Below are positions 14,563 to 28,798 of a stretch of DNA of 64,000 nucleotides, in pieces. Below the pieces are notes generated by a model. That model did not search any database, was not told where the DNA came from, and saw nothing but the letters and a program-made list of their open reading frames with translations. This stretch comes from Octopus vulgaris (taxonomy: Eukaryota), in assembly GCA_951406725.2 (NCBI GenBank), contig OX597822.1, forward strand, positions 117,180,001 to 117,244,000. Direction: 5' to 3'. The translations under genes were made by a program, and so were the position numbers. How positions within the stretch are numbered: the first letter of the stretch is position 1; each line of letters begins with the position of its first letter.

Positions 14563-15948
14563 ATCAGAACAAGAGGAGAAGCTTCAGGTGTGGAAGCAAG
14601 GTCTAGAATTGAAGGGCCTTAGAGTCAATCTAGCAAAAACCAAAGTCTTAATAAGTAGGAAGGTAGACAAACCACAAATCCCTTCATGTAGATGGCCCTG
14701 CTCGATCTGTAGAAAAGGTGTAGGTGGAAACTCCATAAGATGTACTCGGTGTAAGCTATGGACACATAAGAGGAGTAGCAATATCAAAGGAAGGCTAACT
14801 GGGAAGATAGTTTTGTGTGTGACAAATGCTCAGGAGCAATAAACACTGAAAATGTGCAGAAAACAGCTTCCATCACATTCCAGGGGGAAAAACTACAAGT
14901 AGTTGATAGCTTCTGTTACCTAGGTGACCAAGTCAGTAGTGGTGGATGTTCTGAGAGTGTAGCTGCTAGAGTAAGAATAGCCTGGGCAAAGTTCAGAGGA
15001 CTCCTACCTCTGCTGGTGACAAAGGGCCTCTCACTCAGAGTAAAAGGTAGAGTGTATGATGCATGTGTGAACAGCTATGCTACATGGCAGTAAAACATGG
15101 GCTGTGACTGCTGAGGACATGCGTAAGCTTGCAAGGAATGAAGCTAGTATGCTCCACTGGATGTGTAATGTCAGTGTGCATACATGTTGGAGTGTAAGCG
15201 CCCTGAGAGAAAAGTTGGACATAAGAAGCATCAGATGTGGGGTACAAGAGAGATGATTGCGCTGGTATGGTCATGTTTTGCATATGGATGAGGATAGCTG
15301 TGTGAAAAAGTGCCACACCCTAGCAGTAGAGGGAACCTGTGGAAGAGGTAGACCCTGGAAGACCTGGGATGAGCTGGTGGAGCACAACCTTCGAATGTTG
15401 GGCCTCATGGAGGTGATAACAAGTGATTGAGACCTTTGGAGATATGCTGTGCTTGAGAAGACCCAATAAGCCAAGCGAGACCATAACTTTTTGGCCTATG
15501 CCAGTGCAGCATAACCAGCCCATTTAAAAGTACCTGTCAATCTTTGGGCAATAAACTGAGCTTGTGAAGACCTGATGAGTCAAGTGAAGTCATTGTTGTG
15601 GCCGATGACAGTACCGCCTGATTGGCACCTGTGCCAGTGGCACATAAAAAGCACCATCTGAACTTGGTCAATGCCAGTGCTGCCTGACTGGTCCCATGCT
15701 GGTAGCACGTAAAAAGCACCATTTAAATGTGATTGTTGCCAGTGCCGCCTGACTGGCTCCCATGCTTGTGGCACATAAAAAGCACCCACTACACTCTCAG
15801 AGTGGTTGGTGTTAGGAAAGGCATCCAGCTGTAGAAACTTTGCCAGATCAGATTGGAGCCTGGTGCAGCCTTCTGGCTTGCCAGCCCTCAGTCAAACCTT
15901 CCAACTCATACCAGCATGGAAAGTGGACATTAAATGACGATGATGATG
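14563..15948 (+). mobile_element. 5'-truncated RTE-clade LINE (RT C-terminus, Cys-rich finger, 3' UTR subrepeats, (GAT)n tail)
   Basis: WKQGLELKGLRVNLAKTKVL, WPCSICRKGVGGNSIRCTRCKLWTHKR, VVDSFCYLGD, ARVRIAWAKF; frameshifted. Confidence 0.9.
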
Positions 15949-16407
15949 TATTATATATGTGTTACGGCCAATCTTGCCAATCAGTTTTGCACTTGGGGTT
16001 TAACGGAGTGTTAGGTAACAGTCCAATTATGCAGCCTTGTGCTCTTCAGAGCTAGCCATTATGGAATGAGATATTTATATATATGCAAAAATACATATAT
16101 ATATATGTATATATAATATATATGGATATGTGTGTGTGTATGATTAGTCCACATTACTCTGTAATTAGCATAGGGCCAGTTTCCCTAGTCTCTCTAGTGT
16201 ATATATTCTTCCCTGGATGGGATGGGGATCCATCACCGGATTTCTCATTTTAACCAGCTGAGTTGACTGGAGCACAATGCATTGCCTGGTCCAGGAACCA
16301 CAATCTTGTGATCATGAGTCCAACACTCTAACCACTAAGCCATGCAGCTCTACTGTGTGTGTGTATGCATGTATGCATTTATATATATACATATATATAT
16401 ATATAAA

Positions 16408-16812
16408 GGCGCAGGAGTAGCTGTGTGGTAAGTAGCTTGCTAACCAACCACATGGTTCCGGGTTCAGTCCCACTGCGTGGCATCTTGGGCAAGTGTCTTC
16501 TGCTATAGCCCCGGGCCGACCAATGCCTTGTGAGTGGATTTGGTAGACGGAAACTGAAAGAAGCCTGTCATATATATATATATATATATATATGTATGTG
16601 CGTGTGTGTGTTTGTGTGTCTGTGTTTGTCCCCCTAGCATTGCTTGACAACCGATGCTGGTTTGTTTACGTCCCCGTAACTTAGTGGTTCGGCAAAAGAG
16701 ACTGATAGAATAAGTACTGTGCTTACAAAGAATAAGTCCTGGGGTCGATTTTCTCGACTAAAGGCGGTGCTCCAGCATGGCCGCAGTCAAATGACTGAAA
16801 CAAGTAAAAGAG
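16408..16812 (+). mobile_element. tRNA-derived CORE-like SINE, family A; other copies at ~1-305(-), 1585-1960, 4025-4372(-), 9750-10110, 28310-28692, 29230-29615(-), 32923-33340, 45694-46470, 61385-61787(-)
   Basis: GGCGCAGGAGTAGCTGTGTGGTAAG A box, GGTTCAGTCCC B box, TTGGGCAAGTG core, internal (TA)n(TG)n, AGTAAAAGAGTA tail. Confidence 0.85.
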
Positions 16813-17904
16813 TATATATATATATATACACACACATAAAACATTACATTTACACAGATATGTACACATACACACACAAACACAACTTCCTTGTGCTTGC
16901 TGCAAAATTGTTTGAAAATTTATATAACTTAGAACTATAATAATTTAATTTTATAGCTCCATTAATTAAGCTCTGATTGAGAAAACCCATGAATGGAGAA
17001 AATGCAAAATGAGTGTAAATAGAGCAGAAGTTATTGAATATGATGAGTTAATGGTGATTTATATTTAGTGAGCTTTCCACCTGAAACTCAACCTACCATT
17101 ATTAGCTTCATTAGTATAGAAAAAAAACATGGTTACACTCATATTTGACCTACAAAGAAGGTTTCTAATATCTAAATTTATTTTACTTCTGACATATGTT
17201 GTTCATAAATGAATATTGATTAATTTGTGCTTTGAACTGTTAAAAGCACAAATATGCAAATTAAGTTACCTATAGTTGTTTTAGCCTTGTTCAGGACAGC
17301 TCTTGAGGTAGCTGACCTATGCTATTGACTGGAAAAGGAAGATGGATATGTCTTCTCTGAGGGATGGTTTTAAAAAAACCATTAAACAGTTTGTCAGGAG
17401 ACTCCCTCTCATTTTCTGTACATCAATAGTATAATAAAATAAATAAATGCGCCCTTTTTAAAGCCTAGCCAGGCTCATGGGCCCAGTTTCCCAGTTCCTA
17501 TGGCATATTTGTTCCCCAGCTGGACGGGACACCAGTCCATTGCAGCATTACTCATTTTTGCTAGCTGAGTGGACTGGAGCAACGTGAAATGAAGTGTTTT
17601 GCTCAAGAACACAACATGCAGCCCGGTCCAGGAATCGAAACCACAATCTTACAATCATGAGTCTGACACCCTAGCCACTAAGCCATGTACCTCCACACAT
17701 CAATAGTATAGGAAGAATATATTCACATTCTTATTCCACCAACAGTGAAGATTTATGATATTTAAACTTATTTCAGTTTTTTTTTTCCATAAATACTGCT
17801 TCTTGCATAAATATTGTTGAACTCTAACTTATTTATTCAGATTGTTTTGAATTAATCATGCATTAGCTCATAGCTTTGAGATTTCATGATGATGATGATG
17901 ATGA

Positions 17905-18360
17905 TCATCATCATCATCATCTTTTAACATCCGCTTTCCATGCTAGCATGGGTTGGACGATTTGACTGAGGTGTGGCGAACCAGATGGCTTCACCAGACT
18001 CCAATCTGATCTGGCAGAGTTTCTACAGCTGGATGCCCTTTCTAATTCCAACTGCAGTAGGTGCTTTTACGTGCCACCAGCACGAGGGCCAGTCAGGTGG
18101 TACTGGCAGTGGCCACACTAAAATGGTGCTTTTATGTGCCACCTGCACAGAAACCAGTCCAGCCACACTGGCAACAACCTCGCTCGAATGTCTTTTCCCG
18201 TGCCACCAGCACAAGTGCCAGTAAGGCGACGCAGGTAACGATCACACTCGAATGGTGCTTTTTTCGTGCCCATCGGCATGGGGGCCAGCTTGTTGCTCTG
18301 GCAACAATCACGCTTGTATGGTACTCTTAGCGCTCCACTAGCACGGATGCCAGTCATTGG
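17905..18360 (-). mobile_element. RTE 3' UTR fragment; shorter copies also at ~2975, 3525, 4630, 11097, 20710, 21105, 22075, 32130
   Basis: (CAT)n-TTTAACGTCCGCTTTCCATGCTAGCATGGGTTGGAC consensus matches the 3' end of the RTE copies. Confidence 0.85.
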
Positions 18361-19194
18361 ATTTGATTAGCACAGATGCCAGTCTTCATGACTGTATATC
18401 TTTAGAATGACATTGTAGATCATGTGTGAAAGGCTGGATCTAGTTGATATGAACCGTAAACAGGTAAAATATTTTGGCCTGATATGGCTCATTTAAATGC
18501 TACAGGGTTAGTTAATGATACAATATCAAAAACAGAAGTATGTTTTATTCGCTATAAGTGACTGATTAATGCTATTGAAGAGATGGAAGCAGATTACATC
18601 TTTCCTGAAGATAAACCATGAGACGGCTGGGAAACTCTCTCCTGCTTTTTGCCACACATCAATAATATAAAAAGAATGTGTTTACATTCTTATTTAGCTC
18701 ACAGTGAGGCTTTATAATATTTAATCTATTCCAGGCTTGAGATATGTTGTATTTTGCATAAACAGATAGTGTTTAATTAAAGTTTGATCCACTGCATCTT
18801 AGGTGTAGGTTCCTTGTCAATTATTTCCATGATGGGCTGATGTTGTTGCTGTAGCTAGTGCAGGTGTATCATTATTATTTATGCAATTATGTGGATCATG
18901 TGCCTGATGATGCGTCTCTGATGCACAAAGGTGCTATTTTTTATATACATATCTTCCTGAAGAGCATCCAAACTGGATTTTGAGGCAAGGTGGTCAGCTG
19001 AGACCATCAGTTCCAGAACTTGACTGGTACTTTATTTTATTGACTTTGAAAGGGTGAAAGGCAAAGTTGACCATGGCAAGATTTGAACTTAGAATGTAAA
19101 GAGCTGGAACCACAGAGCATTTTTCTGATGTTCTAATGAATCTGCTAATCTTCTGACTTTGTTGTTGTTGTTGATATTGATGAGAAAGAGTGGT

Positions 19195-19465
19195 GGATTG
19201 GTAGAAGTAATTGAGTGGGGAACTGTTAAATTTGGTAGAGTGGAAGATTTGTAGAATTGGTAGAATTGATGCATTGGTAGGATCAGTAGGTTGGTAGATT
19301 GGTAGAATTGGTATAGAGTGACATTAGTAGGATTGGTAGAATAAGGGGTTGGTAAAATTGGTAGAGCAATGAGTTGGTAGAATTGATAGATTGGTAGAGA
19401 TGGTTGAGTGGTGGGACAAAATGTCATGTAAGGTTGGTGGAATGGTAGCATCGGTAGATTATTGG
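19195..19465. repeat. Degenerate TTGGTAGAA-type minisatellite
   Basis: Recurring TTGGTAGA(A) motif. Confidence 0.7.
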
Positions 19466-20125
19466 ACAAAATATTTTGTGATATCTGCTGCATTTCTTTG
19501 CATTCCAAGTTCAGTTTCTACCAACATCAACATCACCTGCCATCCTTCAGGAAGTTGATAAAACAAATACGTACCAGTCATGTACTTGGGTCAATATACT
19601 TGACCGTTTCCCACCTCAGATGTGAAGCCTTGTGCCTATATTGCCAATCAGTATTGTTGGTGTTACTGTTGTTACTGCTGCAACCCCTCCTCCTTCTTGT
19701 ATGGTCTTTGTTCAGTCTATGCATTGAACCCATTGCTGTTGGATAATGAAACAGCTACCTGTTACACAAGTGTTAGGTCGGCCAATTAAATTGTGAGCAG
19801 ATTTGCATGAATTATCGCAGAAAACTATTTTGAAATCAAACTGTCTGAAACTGTCCATGGTTCTCTGTCTTCCCCATGTACAGGCTTGTCCTTGCAGGTG
19901 CCGGTACCCCTTAAAAAGCACTTGTGCTGTTACTGCATTAATGCACCTGTACCAGTGGCTGTGTAAAAAGCATCCAGCAGACTCTGTTAAGTGGTTGGCA
20001 TTAGGAAAGGCACACGACCATAGAAACCATGCCTCAACAGATAGTTGGAGTCTGGACAGCTCTCTCTACTAACCATTTCCATATCAAACCATCCAACCCA
20101 TGCCAGCATGGAAAGCGGACGTTAA

Positions 20126-20160
<35 letters not shown>

Positions 20161-22849
20161 CGAAATTAAAACCTTTCATCAAAATTCCATGTTGATTTAA
20201 AGTTCCAAACATCAGATTAATAATGACAAAGTTAACTTACTTTTAGATTCTTTATTATTTCTAAAATTCGTTGCAACAAAGGCAGGTGTGTGGCAAGAAA
20301 ACTCAGCATCTCCTTTGCCATTCTTTGCCTCTCCCATTTTGTCTGCTGGGACCTTGAGGCAAACTGACAAGTCTTAATTATATCTATTACTTCAACATTC
20401 TACCCCTACAAATTATTCATTTTTTCATATAATCCCACTAAAACCTTATTGTCCAAGATGAATTTCAACACTTTCTTTCTTCTTCTTTTTCTTTTTTTTC
20501 TTCTTTTTTTTCTTCTTTCTTCATTCATGTTGTGTTACCTTTGGTTTTGGATTTGTATTTTAAGAAATGAAATATTTTATTTTATTGGGATAAGTGTTAT
20601 GTTCTTATCTCTTTTGATAACTCATCCACAAAGTAGGAGTGGAACCTGTTGCCAGGCAGGCAGACTGATGCAGATATGTCACACACAGTTATGTACTTTA
20701 TCGTCATCATCACCATTTAGCGTCCGCTTTCCATGCTAGCATGGGTTGGACGGTTCAACTGGGGTCTGTGAAGCCAGAAGGCTGCATCAGGCCCAGTCTG
20801 ATCTGGCAGTGTTTCTGTTTTCCAGGGAGATAACATTGTAGTAAGATTTTAAACTCATGGTTAAATGGTGGTCAATAGTTCAACACCCAGACAACACAAC
20901 CACTACAACTCACCGGCTAAAAGTTAATTTTCCTGTCAATAAAACCACAGAGTTCATATGGAGATGGCTCACCTCTTGTTTCTATGGTTTTAACCCTTTA
21001 GCATTCGGATTATTTTGTCAAATGTAATGTTTATTTATTCAAATTGTCTTCAATTGATCATGCATTATCTCGTAGTTTCAAGATTTTGATGATGTGATTG
21101 TTCATCATCATCATCGTTTAACGTCCGCTTTCCATGCTAGCATGGGTTGGACGATTTGACTGAAGTCTGGCAAACCAGATGGTTGCACCAGGCTCCAAAC
21201 TGATCTGGCAGAGCTTCCGCAGCCGGATGCCCTTCCTGACACAAACCACTCTGAGAGTGCAGTGGGTGCTTTTACATGCCACCTGCACGAGGGCCAGTCT
21301 GGCAGTACTGGCAACGGCCACGCTCGAAATGGTGCTTTTTATGTGCCACCTGCACAGGAGCCAGTCCAGTGGCACTGGCAATGACCTTGCTCGAATGTTT
21401 TTTTAAAAATATGGAACGCTTCACGAATTTGCGAGAATTACATAACAAGGTATGTGTGAGAGGTTAAATCTGGCTGGTTTGAACATCAAGTAGAATATTT
21501 TGGCCAGCTTAAATGCTAAAGGGATAAGCTGAGGAAAGATAAATATTCATCTGGCTAAGACACAAGCTCTTTCAAGAGTAACTTTACCTGCAGAAGCTGG
21601 GTATTTTATATGACTCAACTGGAAAAAGCAAGAGCAAGGTGAAATTAAATAATCTTGTCCAAAGACAAAGTGGGACATTTACATTAGATATGAACTAACA
21701 GCTAGGCTGTTACTTTATCCATTCTGCCATATGGCTGTAGATACTCTTAACCCTTTTGCTGCCATATTTCTGCTGAAATACACTGATTTGTTTTAATTCA
21801 TTTTGGAATTAATGTAGTATTTAGTAATATAATTCTTGTTTCCTTATTGCCCACAAGGGGCTAAACATAGAGGGGATAAACAAGGACAGACAAACGGATT
21901 AAGTCGATTACATCGACTCCAGTGCATAACTGGTACTTAATTTATCGACCCTGAAAGGATGAAAAGCAAAGTCGACCTTGGCAGAATTTAAACTTAGAAT
22001 GCAAAGTTGGATGAAATGCCACTAAGCATTTTGTCCGACACTCTAATGATTTGACCAGCTCACTACCTTAGTGATCATCATCATCATCATCATTTAACGT
22101 CCGTTTTCCATGCTAGCATGAGTTGGACGGTTCGACTGGTGTCTGGGAAGCCAGGAGGCTGCACCAGGCTCCAATCTGATCTGGCAGTGTTTCTGGATGC
22201 CCTTCCTAACGCCAACCACTCCGTGAGTGTAGAGGGTGCTTTTTACGTGCCAGGCGAGGCTGGCAACGGCCACAATCGGTTAGTGCTTTTTATGTGCCAC
22301 TGGCACGGATGCCAGTCAAGGCGGCACTGGCATCGGCCCGTGATAAAAATAATAATAAATAATATTGATTTCTTACATAAGCATAAAAACAGTAATTTTC
22401 TCAGAAGAAACGGTTGAGCATATCAACCTCATTACTTGATTATGTATTGATACTTTATTTTACCAACCCTAGAAGGGATGGAAAGTAAAGTTGAACTTGG
22501 TAGGAATTGAACTCAACATGAAAGAGCTGGAATATATGCCATAAGACATTTCATCTCACTCTCTATTGATTCAGTTAATTCACTGTTGCCTTAATCTTGA
22601 ACATATTTATAAGATCAAATGTTTTGTCTGAGAAAGGAACAGTTCATTCTATTGATCCTAGCACATCACTGGTATTTAATCTTATCTGCCTGGAAGGATG
22701 AAAGGCAAAGATCTCTGTAATGGAGAAACATGAAGTGAAGTGTCTTCCTCAAGGAGATATTGGCCCGAGAATGAAACCCACAGAGCTAACCACAAAGACG
22801 TGCCTCTTCATAATAATGATAACAATGGCTCTAGTTGACAGATAGGAAC

Positions 22850-23575
22850 TTAAATGAGAGGCAAAAATGTTAATTTTAGCTGCTCAAGAACAAGCCATAA
22901 GGACAAATCTGATAAAGGCAAAGACTAACACACTCGGTCAGACAGCAAGTGTAGAACCTGCAGGAAAGGAAACAAAGGTATAAATCACTTTTTGAGTGAG
23001 TGCAATATACTAGCACAAAAGGAGTATAAGTGCAGACATGATTGTGTAGGCAAAAGAGTGTAATGGAATGAAGGCTGAGTGTGTCTTTAAAATAACAGAA
23101 AAGTGACGTGAACATGAACTAAAAGCTTTGATAGAAAATGAGAATTATGAAATCTTGAGGGATTTACCAATAAAAACTGATCATACTATTGAAACAAGAA
23201 GACCAGATTTGATTATAGAGAACAAAATAAACAATGCAAGATCATAATTTTGTAATTCCCCATGATAGCAGATTTGATACAAAATAAAAAACTGAAAAAA
23301 AAAATTGAAAAATATCAGGATCTAACCAAAGAGCTGAGGAGACTGTAGAAGACAAGACAACAATTATTCCTTTAGTAATTGGTGCACTTGGCATAACATC
23401 CAAAATGCTACCAAAATGACCGAAACAGATTTCAATTGGAAATCGCATTGTTGATCTGCAGAAAAATACCATCCTAGTGTCTTCAAGAATCCTAAGAAAC
23501 ATTCTTAAGATTTGAGGAAACTTATCTCCTAAAACATCAAAAATACCTGCTCACTAAATTAGCATGCACTGGCAT
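22850..23575 (+). mobile_element. Degenerate RLE-type (R4/Dong-like) LINE 3' fragment
   Basis: ENENYEILRDLPIKTDHTIETRRPDL and IIPLVIGALG motifs, broken by stops and frameshifts. Confidence 0.75.
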
Positions 23576-23609
23576 TATGATGATGATGATCATGATGATG
23601 ATAATAATA

Positions 23610-23939
23610 AGGCAACACCAACGTCCTCTCAACGATTAGCCAGAGATGATTTTTAAAATGAGAATATCTTAAATAAACTCGAATGGTTTCACAAACGAGA
23701 ATACTAAAAATTAACATGACTGCCCTCAAAAATTAAGTAAGAAAACCGGAAAAATAATCCTGAATCCTTGTTTGGTACTGAGTCAATTCCAAAGAGTTTG
23801 TGCCAGTCACGAGGCTAAACATCTCTGAAAGTTTCATCTGAATTCATCCAACGGTTCTTGAGATATCTTCTCCATGGACAAAGAAACAAACAAACACGAC
23901 TGAAAACAATACCTCTGCCTTTGCTAAGGTAGAGGTAAC
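23610..23939 (+). mobile_element. Possible Helentron/HINE-like non-autonomous element
   Basis: (AAAC)n followed by terminal palindrome TACCTCTGCCTT-TGCT-AAGGTAGAGGTA. Confidence 0.4.
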
Positions 23940-23957
23940 TACACCACCACCAACACC

Positions 23958-23993
<36 letters not shown>

Positions 23994-24779
23994 GAGTATA
24001 TGAAAGTTAGGGGGAGAGTAGAAAGAAGCTACACCATTTATGGGGCGTACTGTTAGATAGCATTGAGTTTATAAATGGATGTCGACTGGGAACCAACAAA
24101 GGAGAGGTTGCAGCCGTGTGGTCAGCAAAGTTCAAAATACGCGTTTGGCATTGGCCCTGACACTCGGTCAGTTACAGTGACAAGGGTTGCTGTTGGTCTG
24201 ATCAATGGAAGAGCCTACTCATGAAGTTAACGTGCAAGTGGCTGAGTACTCCACAGGCACATGTACCCTTAATATAGTTCTGAGAGAGATTCAGCATGAC
24301 ACAGAATGCGACAAGGCTGGCTCTTTGAAATACAGGTACTACTCATTTTTGCCAGCTGAGTGGACTGGGGCAACGTGAAATAAAGTGTCTTGCCCAAGGA
24401 GACAATGCGTGACTGGGAATTGAACTCATGACCTTATGATTGTCAGATGAATACCCTAACCACTAAGCTACATGTCACTCTGATTAATGAGAGAGATGAA
24501 AAATTTTGAAGAGAACTGTTTGACTTTGTTCTGTTTCAATTACTGAAAGAAACAAAAATGTATACACACACCATTGATGTTTTTTTCATTTACAATATTA
24601 AATGAAGTTTTGCTGTGCTTTACAGCTTTTGTAATTGCTCAGTTTGTAAATTCGACATTTGCTTATCTTTTGTGCATGTTATCAGTTCTGGAAAGTGTTC
24701 TGTTTTGAATTTTGGAAGTGCTTCAATTTTTCCTGGATATTGTTTGAGGTTACAGTATTTGAGGTTGATATTATTAATT

Positions 24780-25333
24780 GCCCTGATGCAGTACCAGGCA
24801 GTGGCTCTCATGGCTTCTGATCTTAACTGATTGGAAGTGTTATCATGTACATTGTTTTGTCTTGGTATAAAAGATGGGCTACAGCAAATATTCTGCTCAA
24901 TACCACAGATTTGCCTGTCAGTTGTTTGACTTTAACCAGTTGAGCATGTCCCTTAGTGGCTCACGATATGTGCATCTCTGACCATGAGCAGAAGTAGTGG
25001 GGGAGCATCATAGCCATGTGTTGAGAGAGATTCTTAGAGGTTTGGATAATTCACCTCTGGAAACAGGGGTGGTTTGTTCAACATCATTAAACAATCCTTA
25101 TTCAGGGACCTTTTGAGCGGGATGGGCTACTCAACCAGAAGAAAATTCTAACTGGGCCCCACCTGCAAGGTCATGTGCTGTTTATCTTGATATGAGATCA
25201 CCATGTCGCGCACATATGGTTGTGATGCATGTGCCTAGTGTACCCTTATCAGACGGGTAGTCATGATGGGTATATTGGGCTTTGTATATTTTACCCCAGT
25301 GTCACTTTGATGGCATGCACTGCTCTCTCACTC

Positions 25334-25379
<46 letters not shown>

Positions 25380-25931
25380 TGCCCTGATGCAGTACCAGGC
25401 AGTGGCTCTCATGGCTTCTGATCTTAACTGATTGGAAGTGTTATCATGTACATTGTTTTGTCTTGGTATAAAAGATGGGCTACAGCAAATATTCTGCTCA
25501 ATACCACAGATTTGCCTGTCAGTTGTTTGACTTTAACCAGTTGAGCATGTCCCTTAGTGGCTCACGATATGTGCATCTCTGACCATGAGCAGAAGTAGTG
25601 GGGGAGCATCATAGCCATGTGTTGAGAGAGATTCTTAGAGGTTTGGATAATTCACCTCTGGAAACAGGGGTGGTTTGTTCAACATCATTAAACAATCCTT
25701 ATTCAGGGACCTTTTGAGCGGGATGGGCTACTCAACCAGAAGAAAATTCTAACTGGGCCCCACCTGCAAGGTCCATGTGCTGTTTATCTTGATATGAGAT
25801 CACCATGTCGCGCACATATGGTTGTGATGCATGTGCCTAGTGTACCCTTATCAGACGGGTAGTCATGATGGGTATATTGGGCTTTGTATATTTTACCCCA
25901 GTGTCACTTTGATGGCATGCACTGCTCTCTC

Positions 25932-25975
<44 letters not shown>
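24780..25975 (+). repeat. Tandem dimer of a ~555-bp TAA-tailed retroelement 3' segment (period ~601 bp)
   Basis: GCCCTGATGCAGTACCAGG starts at 24780 and 25381; copies nearly identical; each ends CTCTC(ACTC)AATAATAAT... Confidence 0.9.
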
Positions 25976-25977
<2 letters not shown>

Positions 25978-26596
25978 TTCTTTATTTAATGATAAATAAT
26001 AATGATTCTTTCTGATTTTGACTAAAGCCAGCAATTTTGAGGGGAAGGGCAAGTTGATTACACTGACCACAGTGCCCAGCCTATACTTTATTCTGGTTCT
26101 TTGTTTTATGACCTCAAAAGGATAAACGGTAGAACTGATCTGAGTGGAATTTGAACTGATGTCTGTTGTTGATGCTGAATATTGAAAATGCTTAAATTAT
26201 TCTTCGTTCAATGGTGTCCGCTGAGCTGGAAGCCTTTTAATTCTTTCATTTAAACCTCATAGATAACACGTGAGTACATTAGCATGCAACATGTGTGGTA
26301 GTTTACATGCTTGTCTCCATGTGTGTGTGTGTGTGTGTGCCCGGCAACAAGGATTATGAAACAGCTACAACAGAGAAAGCCATTAAAACCTATCACTTAT
26401 GTAGTTTTTGCTCCTGTTATTCTTGTTGTTGTTTACTTCCAGATGCTACCATTATGAAGTTCTCAACAAGAGTGGTGGTGGGAAATTTTCGTTTCCCTTC
26501 TTTCTTTTCTTTCTCTCTTTCTTTTCTTTCTTTCTCTCTTTCTTTCCTTTCGTTCTTCCATTTAATTGCTTCAAATACATTTTGGTAACAGCTGCA

Positions 26597-26652
<56 letters not shown>

Positions 26653-28007
26653 AATTGTTAGGGCAGAATTGCTAGTATGTCAAACAGAATTGTTAGCAGC
26701 ATTTCTTCTGGTTCTATGCTCTGAGTTCAAATCCAGTCAAGGTTGACTTTACCACTACTCCTTTCAGGGTCAGTAAAGTAATTACCTATTGAACACTCGT
26801 ATCGATGTAATTGACTATACCCTCCCAACAAACTTCAGGCTTTGTGCTTATTGTAAAAAAGATTATTGTTATTATTATTATTAGTATCATTTTAATCATT
26901 AGCAGGCTGAACTGACACAATCATTAGCATGTTGGACAAAATAATCAGTGGCTTTTCTTGTGGCTTTACATTCTGAGTTCAAATCCCACTCAGGTTAAGT
27001 TTGCCTTTCATCCTTTTTCTGGATCAATAAAGTAAGTTGGATGGAAGCACTTCATCGGTTATGACAACGAGGGTTCCAGTTGATCTGAATCAACGGAACA
27101 GCCTGCTCGTGAAATTAACGTGTAAGTGGCTGAGCACTCCACAGACACGTGTACCCTTAACGTAGTTCTCGGGGATATTCAGCGTGACACAGAGAGTGAC
27201 AAGGCCGGCCCTTTGAAATACAGGTACAACAGAAACAGGAAGTAAGAGAGAGAAAGTTGAGGCGAAAGAGTACAGCAGGGATCACCACCATCCCCTGCCG
27301 GAGCCTCGTGGAGCTTTAGGTGTTTTCGCTCAATAAACACTCACAACGCCCGGTCTGGGAATCGAAACCGCGATCCTATGACTCCGAGTCCACCGCCCTA
27401 ACCACTGGGCCATTGCTCCTCCACAATAAAGTAAGTAACCAGTTCAGCACAGGGGTTCATGTAAATTGACTAGCTCACCCTGATAGAAGAATTTCAGGCT
27501 TTGTGCCAAAATTTGAAACAATTATTATTGTTGTTGTGGTTGTTGTTGTTATTTTTTAAGGTGGTTTCAGGTGTCAAGGTAGCAGAATCATTTGCACACT
27601 GGGCATGATGCTTAGCAGCATTTCTTCCATCTTTACATTCTGAGTTCAAATTCCGCTGAGGTTGACTTTGCCTTTCATCCTTTCAAGGTCAATACATTAA
27701 GGGCCAGTTGAACACTGGGGTTGATGTCATCGACTTACTGTCTTCTCCAAAATTGCTGGCCTTGTGCTAAAACTTAAAACCATTATTGAAGCAATAACCT
27801 GGCAGAATCCTTAGTACACCAGCCAAATATTCTTATTGGCATTTCGTCTGTCTTCATTCATCTTTATATTCTGAGTTCAAATTCTACCAAGATCAACTTT
27901 GCCTTTCATCCTTCTGGGGTCAACAAAATAAGTACCAGCTGAGCACTGAGGTTGATGTAACTGTCTTCTCCCTCCTGTTAGAATGGCTGGCCACATTTAG
28001 AAAGAAA

Positions 28008-28009
<2 letters not shown>

Positions 28010-28101
<92 letters not shown>

Positions 28102-28284
28102 GAGTGAGAGAGCAGCGCATGCCATTAAAGTGACACTAGGATACAAATATACAAAACCCAACATACCCATCATGACTACTCGTCTGATAAGGGTAGACCA
28201 GTTAAGTATGTCGCTTAGTGGCTGACGATATGTGTACATCTCTGATCACAAGCAGAAGTAGTAGGGGAAGCATCATCGCCATGT
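28010..28284 (-). mobile_element. Short copy of the TAA-tailed element with an internal inversion
   Basis: 28101-28195 = reverse complement of ~25241-25335; 28196-28284 = forward match to ~24935-25020. Confidence 0.75.
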
Positions 28285-28453
28285 AATGCCTTTATGGCAA
28301 ATTTGATGAAATAAAGAAGCTTGCTTCCCAACCACATCATTCTGGGTTCAGTCCCACTCTGCGATAACTTGAGTGAGTGTCTTCTACTATAGCCTTAGGC
28401 TTACCAAAGCCTTATGAGTAGATTTGGTAAACAGAAACTGAAAGAAGCCCCTA

Positions 28454-28495
<42 letters not shown>

Positions 28496-28798
28496 TCCCT
28501 CACAACTGCCTGACAACTGGTGCTGGTGTGTTTACATCCCTGTAACTTAACAGTTCAATCAAAGAGACCGATAGAATAAGTACCAGGCTTTAAAAAAAGG
28601 CACTAGTGTCGATTCATTCAACCAAAGATTCTTTGAGGTGGTGCCCCAGCATGGTCACAGTCTAATGACTGGAACAAGTAAAAGATAAAAGAGTCGATGG
28701 CAGTTTAGCTTTTTTTTTCTTCTATAGTACTCTTTATGTTCCTTCGTGTTTCATGTTCAAATCCCACCAAATCATCTTTGTCTTTCATCAATTTAGAG

